Shown here in pieces: positions 18,013 to 27,518 of a DNA stretch of 32,000 nt. The stretch is taken from positions 7,246 to 39,245 of the forward strand of contig NZ_PGGB02000011.1 in assembly GCF_002803295.2 (NCBI RefSeq), given 5' to 3'. Below the pieces are notes generated by a model, which had not been told where the DNA came from, made no database searches, and was given only the letters and a program-made list of their open reading frames with translations. Position 1 is the first letter of the stretch. Each line of letters opens with the position of its first letter. A program made the translations under genes and the position numbers. The DNA comes from Caedibacter taeniospiralis. GTDB taxonomy: Bacteria > Pseudomonadota > Gammaproteobacteria > Francisellales > Francisellaceae.

Positions 18013-18999
18013 TTAGTAAACCTTTATACACGCCACTTTTCTTTCTTGCGACAGCTGGTGAAGTGGTGGTTTTTCCCTGGCACACATCTCATCTGCCAAT
18101 GGACAACGTGTGCGAAACACGCACCCTGATGGCGGATTGATCGGTGACGGGAGATCACCCTCTAAAATTTGAATTTGTTTATTACGCTCCAACTCAGGGT
18201 CAGGCAATGGCACTGCGGACAATAATGCTTTAGTGTAAGGATGCGCTGGTCTGTCACATAAAGCTCTTGATTCTCCCACCTCCATCAAATTTCCCAAATA
18301 CATCACCATAATGTGATCAGAGATGTGTTTTATCACACTTAAATTATGCGCAATAAATAGAATGGTTAATCCCAGGCTTTGCTGCAACTCTTTGAGTAAA
18401 TTCACCACCTGTGCCTGAATGGACACATCCAAAGCGCTCACGGGTTCATCACACACCAAAATAGAGGGTTTTAAAATAAGCGCGCGAGCAATCCCAACCC
18501 GCTGATATTGTCCGCCTGAAAACTGATGCGGATAACGGTTGATGTGCATGGGCGACAAGCCCACCCTACGCATCATCTCTTCAACACGCGATCTGCGTTC
18601 TTCTTTCGAGAGATGAGGTTCATGCACTCTTAAAGGTTCAGCAATAATATTGCCGATGGTAATTCTGGGATTTAGCGAGGCAAAGGGATCCTGGAAAATC
18701 ATCTGAATTTCTTTTCTAACTGGCTGCCATGACTTCTTGTGCTTAAGTGCGGTTAAATCCCTACCCGCCCAGACGACTTTTCCTTCTGTTGCATGAACTA
18801 ACCCAACCACGGCGCGAATCAAGGTGGATTTACCACAACCTGACTCACCAACAATGCCCAGGGTTTCACCTTTTTTTACCGCAAAAGAAACCCCATCAAC
18901 CGCTTTGACAAAGCGCGTTTGTTGCCAGATCCAGGATTTTTTGAGTGGAAAGTGAACTTTTAAGTTTTCAATAGTCAATATGCTCTCTTGTATACTCAT
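18013..18999 (-). CDS. oppF: oligopeptide ABC transporter ATP-binding protein OppF
   Basis: It has Walker [10 protein letters not shown], the signature [15 protein letters not shown], Walker [13 protein letters not shown] and the C-terminal oligopeptide-type extension. I chose the ATG at 18997-18999, which overlaps the oppD stop as ATGA, with AGGAGGG 7 nt upstream. Confidence 0.9.
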   Translation of the reverse strand: MSIQESILTIENLKVHFPLKKSWIWQQTRFVKAVDGVSFAVKKGETLGIVGESGCGKSTLIRAVVGLVHATEGKVVWAGRDLTALKHKKSWQPVRKEIQMIFQDPFASLNPRITIGNIIAEPLRVHEPHLSKEERRSRVEEMMRRVGLSPMHINRYPHQFSGGQYQRVGIARALILKPSILVCDEPVSALDVSIQAQVVNLLKELQQSLGLTILFIAHNLSVIKHISDHIMVMYLGNLMEVGESRALCDRPAHPYTKALLSAVPLPDPELERNKQIQILEGDLPSPINPPSGCVFRTRCPLADEMCAREKPPLHQLSQERKVACIKVY

Positions 19000-19979
19000 T
19001 GACATCCCTCCTGGCGTTGTTTGGCATAAAAGCAAGCAACGAGATGGACTCTATCTTCTTCATAGTTCTCTAAACTGGGTCTGTGTGTAAGACAGTTTGG
19101 TAACGCAAAATCGCACCTTGGTTGAAAAGCACAGCCCACAGGTAAGTTGGATAGATCAGGTGGCTCCCCAGGAATGGCTTGTAAACGCGCACTTGGGATA
19201 TCCACGCGTGGCGTTGCTGCCATCAATCCTTTAGTGTAAGGATGATGATTATGTTTAAATAATTCATGAACTTCTGCCGACTCTACAGGACGCCCACCAT
19301 ACATCACCATCACGCGATCACAGGCTCCCGCAACGACACCAATATCATGTGTAATTAAAATCGTTGCCATTTTAAATTCATTTTGCAGATCTTTTAATAG
19401 CTTTAATATTTGCGCCTGAACAGTAACATCAAGTGCGGTGGTTGGTTCATCAGCAATCAATAATTTAGGACGGCACATCAAAGCCATTGCAATCATTACG
19501 CGTTGGCGCATGCCTCCTGAAAACTCATGAGGATAGAGTTTTACCCTGTTTTTTGCATCGGGGATATTCACGGCATCAAGCATCTCAAGTGCTTTTTTAG
19601 CAGCTTCTTTTTTTGAGCAATTGCGATGAATCATCAGGGTTTCAGAAAGCTGCTTTTCTACGGTAATATAAGGATTCAATGAAGTCATAGGATCCTGAAA
19701 AATCATTGAAATCTTATCTCCACGAACTTTATTAAGCTGTTTCGTTGGCATCCCAACTAATTCCTGACCATTAAATATAACCGAACCTGAAATAATGGCA
19801 TTGGATGCTGATAAGCCCATTAGCGCCAAAACAGTTTGACTTTTACCCGACCCAGACTCCCCCACGATACCTAAGGTCTCCCCCTGGTCTAAGCTGAAGT
19901 TGATCTTATTGACTGCACTAACCAGCCCATCATTGGTTTTAAATTTTACGTCCAAATCTTTTGCAATTAATAATGACAT
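18996..19979 (-). CDS. oppD: oligopeptide ABC transporter ATP-binding protein OppD
   Basis: 327 aa with [37 protein letters not shown] and the C-terminal HPYTKGL...P.GCAF.PRC motif. Confidence 0.9.
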   Translation of the reverse strand: MSLLIAKDLDVKFKTNDGLVSAVNKINFSLDQGETLGIVGESGSGKSQTVLALMGLSASNAIISGSVIFNGQELVGMPTKQLNKVRGDKISMIFQDPMTSLNPYITVEKQLSETLMIHRNCSKKEAAKKALEMLDAVNIPDAKNRVKLYPHEFSGGMRQRVMIAMALMCRPKLLIADEPTTALDVTVQAQILKLLKDLQNEFKMATILITHDIGVVAGACDRVMVMYGGRPVESAEVHELFKHNHHPYTKGLMAATPRVDIPSARLQAIPGEPPDLSNLPVGCAFQPRCDFALPNCLTHRPSLENYEEDRVHLVACFYAKQRQEGCQ

Positions 19980-19988
19980 GTTTCCCCC

Positions 19989-20924
19989 TTAACGATGCTC
20001 ACGTGGATCAAGTGCGTCTCTTAAGCCATTGCCAACAAAGTTAAAACATAACAATGTCAAGGTTAAGAAAATCGATGGGATAACTAAAATCCACCAATAA
20101 TTAAAAGCAATCACCTGCACACCATCACTGATTAAACCGCCCCAATCGGTCATTGGTGGTTGCACGCCAAGACCTAAGAAGCTTAAGAATGCCGCAGTCA
20201 TAATTACCACAGGAACAGTTAAGGTAATATAAACGGCAATAATACCAATAAGGTTTCTAACAATATGACGCGTGATAATAGTGCGCTCTTTCACCCCGCA
20301 CACATAAGCAGCTTCAATAAATTCCTTATTTTTTAACCCTAAGGTTTGTCCTCTGACCACGCGCGCCATATCAAGCCAGCTGACAGCTCCAATGGCAATA
20401 AAAACCAGAACAAAATTTCGACCGAATAAAGTGACCAGTAAAATGGCAAAAAACATAAAAGGCAAACCATAAAGCACATCAACGATACGCATTAAAACAT
20501 TGTCTATTTTACCCCCAAAAAAGCCTGCAGTAGCTCCCACCAATGTACCAATAATCACACTGACCAGCGTTGCTACCAAACCAATTTCTAATGTCACTCG
20601 CCCACCGACCATGATACGAGTAAACACATCACGTCCCAAGCCATCGGTGCCAAACCAATGTGTTGAACTTGGAACAAGATAGACTTCGGAAAGATTCTGG
20701 TACTCGTAACTATATGGTGAAAACCACGGCAATATAACGACTGCAAGCACAATCAATCCAAGAATCACGATACTAATCATCGCAATCTTATTACTTCTAA
20801 AACGTAGCATCGCGTCATAGTATAAACTTCTGCCCCTAAATACTTGTTCATGTGAGGTATTTGCCACCTTTTCCAGAAAATTTGCATTCTTCTTTTTCTG
20901 CTCAACAGTAAAACTCTTTGTCAT
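19989..20924 (-). CDS. oppC: oligopeptide ABC transporter permease OppC
   Basis: 311 aa with an N-terminal OppC-type extension, a BPD-transporter fold and an EAA-like loop (EFIEAAYVCGVKERTIITRHIVRN). Confidence 0.9.
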   Translation of the reverse strand: MTKSFTVEQKKKNANFLEKVANTSHEQVFRGRSLYYDAMLRFRSNKIAMISIVILGLIVLAVVILPWFSPYSYEYQNLSEVYLVPSSTHWFGTDGLGRDVFTRIMVGGRVTLEIGLVATLVSVIIGTLVGATAGFFGGKIDNVLMRIVDVLYGLPFMFFAILLVTLFGRNFVLVFIAIGAVSWLDMARVVRGQTLGLKNKEFIEAAYVCGVKERTIITRHIVRNLIGIIAVYITLTVPVVIMTAAFLSFLGLGVQPPMTDWGGLISDGVQVIAFNYWWILVIPSIFLTLTLLCFNFVGNGLRDALDPREHR

Positions 20925-20933
20925 AACTTAACC

Positions 20934-21879
20934 TCAGTAATGAATCTTAGGATCTAAAAAAGCGTACACAATATCAACAACAAGATTGAATAGAATGACA
21001 AGAAGACTGTAGATAATAGTCAGTGCCAAGACGAGGTTATAGTCGCGATTTGTTGCTCCTTGAACAACTTGCACCCCAATCCCTGGTATTGTGTAGACTG
21101 TTTCCACAATAACCGACCCTGTTAGAATCCCTGCAATGGCAGGTCCCAAAAAGGAAACTACCGGCATCAATGCGGGCTTTAAGGCGTGCTTCCAGACAAT
21201 GCGTGGCATAGACAAACCTTTGGCTTTGGCCGTACGGATAAATGGTGAGCTTAAAATTTCGATCAAGCTACTTCTGGTGATCTGAGTGATAATAGCAATG
21301 TAAGGAATCGCAAGTACCGTCGCTGGCAATACCATATGGGTCAAGCTTCCCCAGCTCCCCGCGGGAAACATTCCAAGCCATACGGCAAAAATCAATACGG
21401 CAATCGGAGCTGTCACCACAATCGGAGTGGAGATAAATAGCATCGCAATAATGCTCATCACATGATCGATAGCATTAAGGCGCGTATTTCGGCTTAACGC
21501 TGATAAGACGCCAAAGAACACACCAAATAATACTGGCAATGGCGATGCTGCAAAGCCCAAGCTGCACAGACACCCAAAAACCACCCTGAGCGCCCAAAGG
21601 AAAGACCAACTGATTGATCGACATTCCCTGATATTTATACGAGTAGCCTAAATTGCCGTGAATAAGGTCATTAAGATAGTACAAAAACTGCTGCCATAAG
21701 GGTAAATCCAAGCGGTACTGGTGATGCAGCTGCTTCAGAACTTCAGGCGATAAAGCGCGTTCCGTTGAGAACGGATCCCCAGGGGTCATGTGTACCATAA
21801 TGAAGCTGATTAAGACAACGAAAAATATCGTTGGGATGGCGCCTGCTAGGCGCCGTAATACATAACTTAACATAGTCAT
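20934..21879 (-). pseudogene. oppB: oligopeptide ABC transporter permease OppB, interrupted by a single-nucleotide frameshift
   Basis: Two overlapping ORFs (21475-21879 and 20934-21584) together are colinear with E. coli OppB. Frame A matches up to ...VSVQLG (E. coli VSAKLG). Frame B continues FAASPLPVLFGV... (E. coli AAAFFLAVILGV). The switch point is in gggcttt at about 21552-21558. Confidence 0.8.
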
Positions 21880-21953
21880 CCCTATTTTAAGTTGAACAAA
21901 AATTTTTACTCACTGAAGTTACCAAGTCGCGCGAATATGAGACTTAAGCCTCT

Positions 21954-23603
21954 TTATTTTTGATCACCATAATTAAGGGAAAACCACTTGTCATAAACGT
22001 GGTCTAGATGGTTTATCTCCATATGATAATTCACCACATACGGTTTCACCAGATGTGTTACGTTTTGTGCATAAAGCGGGATACTCGGATAATCGTTTTG
22101 CATAAGCATTAATGCCTTGGTGTAGTAAGGTACTGCCGCATCAGCGGTAAGTTGTTTTTGCCCTTCTGCAATCAACTTATCATATTCAGTATTGCAATAA
22201 CCTGAGTTATTCTGTGGATTACCACACGTCCACATCGTGGCAAAGTTATCGATAGTATTAAAATCCGCTACCCAGCCATCTCGGGCAACACCATCATAAT
22301 TATGTGACTGACGCACTTTAAGAAATACTTTGAACTCCGAATTTGCCAAAGTCACCTTAACACCAAGATTCTGCACCCACATCTGCGCTATGGCTTCCAT
22401 GTCCTTTTTATGCTGCTCATCGGTATTGTAATCAATTGAAATTTTGAGTGGATTTTCCTTGGAATAACCCGCTTCCGCATAGAGTTTACGTGCAAGCTCA
22501 AGGCGCTTGTCAGCAGGTTCATTACTCCAGCTGTATTTCACATCCTTATAGCGAGCACCATCAATATCAGGTGGAAACAGGCTATAAGCAGCGCTACTGC
22601 CATCGCGCACGACATTTCTGACCAGGTCTTCTCGATCAATTGCCAAAGAGAGAGCTTCGCGTAACTTGGGATTGTCTTTAAACACTGATTTGGTCATATT
22701 GAAATCAAGATACTCTAAGGTTAGCCAGGGTGTTTGCTTCAGCTGATTCCCATATTGCTTTTTAAGCATGTCAAGGTTAATGGTTGGAATATACATCACA
22801 TAATCAATCTGTCCTGAGGCAAAATTATTCAAGGCAGAAGTTCGTTCAACAATCGGTACAAATTTCACATTTTGAATCTGCACATTCTTAGCATCCCAAT
22901 AATACGGATTTTTTGTGACAAGCACATAGCCGTTGGGAACCCAATCTTTTAGCATGTACGGACCATTGCTGATGAGTCGCCCTGCCTGAAAAAATCCTTG
23001 TCCGTATTGCTCAACTCCTTGTTTGTACACAGGATAGCTGACAGGATCCGCGATAATGCTTAAGAAGTAATACACTGGATAATCCAAGGTAATTTGTAAC
23101 TCATGCGAATTGATCACCTTAACCCCTAAACTTGAAACAGGTCGTTTTCCATCCATAATGGCTTGCGCGTTTTGAATTGGGGTAAGCTTATACGCCATTT
23201 CTGAAGCGGTTTTCGGATCTACCGCGCGCTTTAGGGAATATTCAAAATCATAGGCGGTTACAGATTCGCCATTTGACCATTTGGCATCATCTCTGAGAGA
23301 AAAAGTGTAGATAAGACCATCTTCGGATTCTTTCCACGATTTTGCCACACCAGCAACTGGATTATTAGATTGATCCTCGGTCATTAACCCCTCACTAAGA
23401 TCATACAAAATTCCCGCCGCCACATTCGTTTGCACATGAGCAGGATCAAGAGATTCAGGTTCCGAGCCATTCCCTCTGAGCAAAATATCCTTGCTTTTTG
23501 GCGCAAACTGACCCGACTGTGCTGACGAGTTTTCACTATTCCCACCACAGCCAATAATCAACACAGCAGACAACACTACCGATGCCAGTTTAATTTTTTC
23601 CAT
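21954..23603 (-). CDS. oppA: oligopeptide-binding periplasmic lipoprotein OppA (SBP family 5)
   Basis: 549 aa from the ATG at 23601-23603, with GGAGA 7 nt upstream. The signal MEKIKLASVVLSAVLIIGCGG has a lipobox. The family-5 SBP pattern runs throughout. Confidence 0.88.
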   Translation of the reverse strand: MEKIKLASVVLSAVLIIGCGGNSENSSAQSGQFAPKSKDILLRGNGSEPESLDPAHVQTNVAAGILYDLSEGLMTEDQSNNPVAGVAKSWKESEDGLIYTFSLRDDAKWSNGESVTAYDFEYSLKRAVDPKTASEMAYKLTPIQNAQAIMDGKRPVSSLGVKVINSHELQITLDYPVYYFLSIIADPVSYPVYKQGVEQYGQGFFQAGRLISNGPYMLKDWVPNGYVLVTKNPYYWDAKNVQIQNVKFVPIVERTSALNNFASGQIDYVMYIPTINLDMLKKQYGNQLKQTPWLTLEYLDFNMTKSVFKDNPKLREALSLAIDREDLVRNVVRDGSSAAYSLFPPDIDGARYKDVKYSWSNEPADKRLELARKLYAEAGYSKENPLKISIDYNTDEQHKKDMEAIAQMWVQNLGVKVTLANSEFKVFLKVRQSHNYDGVARDGWVADFNTIDNFATMWTCGNPQNNSGYCNTEYDKLIAEGQKQLTADAAVPYYTKALMLMQNDYPSIPLYAQNVTHLVKPYVVNYHMEINHLDHVYDKWFSLNYGDQK

Positions 23604-23726
23604 ATTATTCTCCCCTAGAGACAAAGTTGTTTACCGTCAAAAATTAAGTTACATCTTTTTACTATTATTGTCACGAAGAAAATATCAAGCTAATGTAAAT
23701 TTATTACAAACCATCTGCTGCTTATT

Positions 23727-23745
23727 CCCCTCTTTTCAAGAGGGG
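23727..23745. repeat. hairpin cccctctt-ttc-aagagggg (8-bp stem)
   Basis: Read directly. It abuts the 44-bp palindrome. The 10-mer cccctctttt recurs at 25466-25475 and tcttttcaag recurs at 25191-25200. Confidence 0.75.
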
Positions 23746-23746
23746 T

Positions 23747-23790
23747 GCCGAGCAAGCCTGACCACTTTAAAGTGGTCAGGCTTGCTCGGC
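23747..23790. repeat. perfect 44-bp palindrome (22-nt arms, no spacer): gccgagcaagcctgaccacttt|aaagtggtcaggcttgctcggc
   Basis: I verified base by base that 23747-23768 is the exact reverse complement of 23769-23790. It lies between the MFS stop (23883) and the oppA start (23603). On the plus strand it is followed by ggggtgttttt. Confidence 0.9.
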
Positions 23791-23882
23791 GGGGTGTTTT
23801 TAAAAGCGCATCGGTGCTCAGCACCATAGGGTGGGCGGAAATATGCTCACCGCCGAAAAATCTTTTCCCTTTTGCTTGCTCT

Positions 23883-25130
23883 CTAAAGACATTGCCGTTT
23901 GTATTTCAGAAAAATAACTAACAAAATGAATAAAGAACCGCTGGCAAATCCCATTGCCCAAGCGACATTTATCGTCATAAAAACTCCCCCAAGCACACCT
24001 GCGACACCCCAGCCAATCCCCTTAGCCAGGGCGTATAAGACCCCTGAAATAAAACCCTGGTATACCACAGGAACGGCATTTGAAAATCCAACAACCAGTA
24101 GCGAAAACACGACCATATCCCCAAAAGCCATGAAGAAACTCACTATATACGCAATTGCTTGAACATTCGCTGGATATATCGCTAACAGGGTTGCACCGAT
24201 GGTCCCTATCAGCATCGCCAATACAGCAACGATAAAAAGACAAATGTGAGATAAAAACCGCTGTAATACAGGCAGTAAAACCAGGGCTGAAATCATCAGT
24301 GATAAACCAATGAAACTAACCAGAAAACCAATCTCTGAAACAGAAAAACCAAGTTTTAATTTTGCCAATGGTTGAATAAACTGAAAATACATTCCCCACG
24401 CCAGTTGATCAAATAGCAAAAGCGCAATGAGAATAGCGATTTTCTTCTGCTTTAGTAAGCAATACACCGCAGAAAACAGCTTTTCCGTGTGATCTATTTT
24501 TTGCTGTTGATAATACTTATCTGGAGCATAACAACGCCAGACAAATAAAATTAGGACAACAGAGGCAACACTGACAAGATAATAAGGCGCAATATAGCTG
24601 TCAGCCCATATCATCATTAAGCTTCCCAAAAAAGGACCAATCACAAAAGCGAGCCCCGTAAAAAACTGCAGCAACCCAATCCATAACAGTTTACGTTTGT
24701 CATGGTGTGCCGCACTTGAAATACTCGCAATAACCACAGGAAACATCCCATATAACAGGTGTCCTAATGCAGAACCCAGGATAAATAACTCAAGGTAATG
24801 TACATAAGCTGAAAACACGGTCAAAGCGCCTGTGAGCGTCAACGCTAATATCGAAATAAACACCACTTTCCTGCGTCCAATGAAATCCGAAACAATCCCC
24901 CACAGGACATTCGCCATAATCCCTGCAAACTGCCCTGCTAACAAAAACATACCGTAATAAAATCCTGCTTCAGATTGACAACCAATAGTTAGCCAAAACG
25001 CTGACTTATCATCAAAGAATAACTGAACATAGCTTGGATTAATAAACGCAAATAAAAATTCCGTGGAAAATATCAGCAAATACGCCTGTAAAAAGAAGCG
25101 ATATGAAACGTTTTGAGATACCTGTCGCAT
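23883..25130 (-). CDS. MFS transporter (substrate unknown)
   Basis: 415 aa, about 12 predicted TM segments, with the MFS loop motif GIVSDFIGRRKV. Confidence 0.8.
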   Translation of the reverse strand: MRQVSQNVSYRFFLQAYLLIFSTEFLFAFINPSYVQLFFDDKSAFWLTIGCQSEAGFYYGMFLLAGQFAGIMANVLWGIVSDFIGRRKVVFISILALTLTGALTVFSAYVHYLELFILGSALGHLLYGMFPVVIASISSAAHHDKRKLLWIGLLQFFTGLAFVIGPFLGSLMMIWADSYIAPYYLVSVASVVLILFVWRCYAPDKYYQQQKIDHTEKLFSAVYCLLKQKKIAILIALLLFDQLAWGMYFQFIQPLAKLKLGFSVSEIGFLVSFIGLSLMISALVLLPVLQRFLSHICLFIVAVLAMLIGTIGATLLAIYPANVQAIAYIVSFFMAFGDMVVFSLLVVGFSNAVPVVYQGFISGVLYALAKGIGWGVAGVLGGVFMTINVAWAMGFASGSLFILLVIFLKYKRQCL

Positions 25131-25153
25131 GGGATCAAGTTCCTTATATGTTC

Positions 25154-25339
25154 ACGTGAGTTCGAGATAAAAAACCTTGTCAAAGCATCGTCTTTTCAAG
25201 CATTTCTGCGTTAGTATGTACTTAAAAATGCTCAAATTAGCGCAGCTAGTCCTGTGCTTTTTAAGTGCAAAAGCCTTGAACTGCTTAAAAATACTTGCTT
25301 TTAGCATGTGATTCAATGTTTCTTACGTCGAACTCACGT
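25154..25339. other. 186-nt element bounded by a perfect 12-bp inverted repeat (acgtgagttcga / tcgaactcacgt) with internal stem-loops; candidate structured leader, sRNA or MITE-like relic
   Basis: IR arms are at 25154-25165 and 25328-25339. The internal stems are agcattt (25199-25205)/aaatgct (25226-25232) and gcaaaagc (25267-25274)/gcttttagc (25297-25305, one bulge). The 12-nt direct repeat aaccttgtcaaa occurs just inside the left arm (25173-25184) and again 28 nt beyond the right arm (25367-25378). Confidence 0.6.
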
Positions 25340-25481
25340 TATATTCATCTTTAAAGACTGCCATTTAACCTTGTCAAATAACCATAGTCAACTTGAAAGC
25401 TGTATTTTTTATTTTCAGGATACTTGTGCTTTTATATTTCAGCATTTACCATAGCGCTTCTTAGACCCCTCTTTTAAAAGA

Positions 25482-26174
25482 ATGACAGATACTAAAACAC
25501 CGCATTTTCGCACCATTAAAAGCTTTGTTAAACGTACTGGTCGCATGGGGATGCGTCAGCAGCATGCTCTTGCTGAATACGCCAAGCTTTATCAAATTCC
25601 CTATATTCCAGAGCAAACCTGCTTTGAAAGCTATTATAAAACCGCGCAAGCACTTGTGATTGAAATCGGTTTTGGCATGGGAGACAGCTTAGTTACCATG
25701 GCAAAAAATGCGTCTGATATTAATTTTCTTGGAATTGAAGTGCACGAGCCTGGGGTTGGTAATATCCTTGATGATATTCATGAACAGAAGCTCACTAATT
25801 TACGCATCATTCAACACGATGCGGTTGATGTGTTTAAGTATATGATCGCCAACAACTCATTGGCAGGGGTGCAAATATTTTTCCCTGATCCCTGGCATAA
25901 GAAGCGCCATCACAAACGACGTTTAATTAATGCTGAATTTATCGAACTTTTGACAACAAAACTCATCCCCCAAGGTTTCATTCACTTTGCCAGCGATTGG
26001 CAAGAATATGCTGATGAAGTCCTTGAATTACTCTTTGCAAACGCGGAGCTTTATAATCCACACGCAGGCTTTGCACCTCGCCCTCAAAACCGCCCCTTCA
26101 CAAAATTTGAAAATCGCGGTCAACGGTTAGCACACGGGATTTGGGATATCATTGTCTATAAAAGGCAGATGTAA
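25482..26174 (+). CDS. trmB: tRNA (guanine46-N7)-methyltransferase
   Basis: 230 aa with RTIKSFVKRTGRMGMRQQHAL, EIGFGMGDSL and FFPDPWHKKRHHKRR. It is colinear with E. coli TrmB. Confidence 0.93.
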   Translation: MTDTKTPHFRTIKSFVKRTGRMGMRQQHALAEYAKLYQIPYIPEQTCFESYYKTAQALVIEIGFGMGDSLVTMAKNASDINFLGIEVHEPGVGNILDDIHEQKLTNLRIIQHDAVDVFKYMIANNSLAGVQIFFPDPWHKKRHHKRRLINAEFIELLTTKLIPQGFIHFASDWQEYADEVLELLFANAELYNPHAGFAPRPQNRPFTKFENRGQRLAHGIWDIIVYKRQM

Positions 26175-26196
26175 AATGATCCCTGCAAAATATCTG

Positions 26197-26217
26197 GTAA
26201 ACTCCAGGGTTAAGCTA
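26197..26217 (+). repeat. 3'-flank repeat motif gtaaactccagggttaagcta (after trmB)
   Basis: It resembles 27472-27493 (gttactccagctgttagctacg) and 16473-16490 (gtaactccagttacctac). The shared pattern is actccag, then 0-3 nt, then tta, then 0-1 nt, then [cg]cta. Confidence 0.5.
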
Positions 26218-26240
26218 AAGCTAAAGAGAAAGGAAAAAAC

Positions 26241-27410
26241 ATGAGTAAAACGAAAAAGCTGAGCATCGAAGTTATTGGCGGGATTATCCTATTTACTGCG
26301 GCTATTGCCGCTATTGTCATTAACAATTCATGGCTAAGTCCGTACTACCATATGCTTGAAACGACTTATGCAACGATTTCTATCGGCGATTTTGCCTTGC
26401 AAAAAAACCTTACTCACTGGATTAACGATGGCTTTATGACACTTTATTTTTTACTTGTTGGCTTAGAAATTAAGCGCGAGTTTGTCGGTGGAACCCTATC
26501 GAGTAAGTCAAATATTATCATTCCCGCCATTGTTGCACTCTTTGGCTTATTAGTCCCTGCTTTTATTTATTTTTTACTGAATCAACACAGCTCCGACTAT
26601 CTACATGGTTGGGCAATTCCAACCGCCACCGATATTGCTTTTACATTGGGGATATTGGCACTTCTTGGTTCACGAGTTCCAACCTCACTTAAAATCCTTG
26701 TAACAACGATTGCCATCTTTGATGATATTGCCGCTATTGTAATTATCGCCATTTTCTATACCAGCAACTTGTCACTATTATCTTTGTTGGGCGCATTGAT
26801 ATGCCTTACTGTGCTGATTGGCATGAATAAAATTGGCATTAAAAAGCTCGCACCATTTGTGATTATGGGCATTATCATGTGGCTCTGCGTTCTAAAATCT
26901 GGAGTGCATGCAACCCTTTCAGGTGTCGCATTGGCAATGTGCCTCCCGCACACAGAAAAAAACTCCCCGTTGTTAAAGCTTGAACATGGACTCAATCCGT
27001 GGATTGTTTTCATGATTTTACCTTTATTTGCCTTTGCTAATGCGGGAATAAGCTTCAGCGGACTAAGCTTTACCAACTTACTCCATCCCGTTTCATTAGG
27101 AATCATTCTTGGTTTATTTCTTGGCAAACAAATCGGCATCTTTGGTAGCCTTTATCTATTCAGTAAAACAAAATATTTTAGCCTGGGACGCAACCTCTCC
27201 GTTTACCAGCTTTACGGTATTGGACTGGTCTGTGGTATTGGCTTTACCATGAGTCTATTCATCGGCACTCTTGCCTTTGCGACACCTGAACTCATGAACA
27301 TGGTAAAAATTGGCGTACTTGGGGGATCGCTTATATCGGGAATGTGTGGCTATATTTTCTTACGTCAATGCTGTACAACAGCTGAAGACGGTGACCCCTG
27401 TAGCACCTGA
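26241..27410 (+). CDS. nhaA: Na+/H+ antiporter NhaA
   Basis: 389 aa with [26 protein letters not shown] and [17 protein letters not shown], the conserved NhaA TM4/TM5 motifs. Confidence 0.93.
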   Translation: MSKTKKLSIEVIGGIILFTAAIAAIVINNSWLSPYYHMLETTYATISIGDFALQKNLTHWINDGFMTLYFLLVGLEIKREFVGGTLSSKSNIIIPAIVALFGLLVPAFIYFLLNQHSSDYLHGWAIPTATDIAFTLGILALLGSRVPTSLKILVTTIAIFDDIAAIVIIAIFYTSNLSLLSLLGALICLTVLIGMNKIGIKKLAPFVIMGIIMWLCVLKSGVHATLSGVALAMCLPHTEKNSPLLKLEHGLNPWIVFMILPLFAFANAGISFSGLSFTNLLHPVSLGIILGLFLGKQIGIFGSLYLFSKTKYFSLGRNLSVYQLYGIGLVCGIGFTMSLFIGTLAFATPELMNMVKIGVLGGSLISGMCGYIFLRQCCTTAEDGDPCST

Positions 27411-27463
27411 ACCTACAACCAACGGATTACTTGCACCCCAATATGTGATGAGTTTTCAATAAT

Positions 27464-27500
27464 GTCACACTGTTACTCCAGCTGTTAGCTACGTTTTTTT
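27464..27500 (+). repeat. mosaic repeat (gtcacactgttactc + actccagctgttagctacg) followed by T7; possible nhaA terminator region
   Basis: 27464-27478 matches the first 16 nt of the copy-B repeat (14/16 with one gap). 27472-27493 matches the trmB and rbgA 3'-flank motif. T7 is at 27494-27500. Only a weak agct-gtt-agct stem is present. Confidence 0.45.
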
Positions 27501-27518
27501 AGCAATGTTTCCATAACA

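Noticed and set aside
21552-21558. Programmed +1 ribosomal frameshift at CUU-U in oppB, by analogy with prfB.
   Set aside because: A +1 slip would restore the frame. However, there is no in-frame stop or evidently hungry codon at the A-site and no clear SD-like stimulator at the right spacing. No permease family is known to use recoding. A mutation or sequencing error is more parsimonious, and the recoding idea is kept only as an alternative under the oppB finding.
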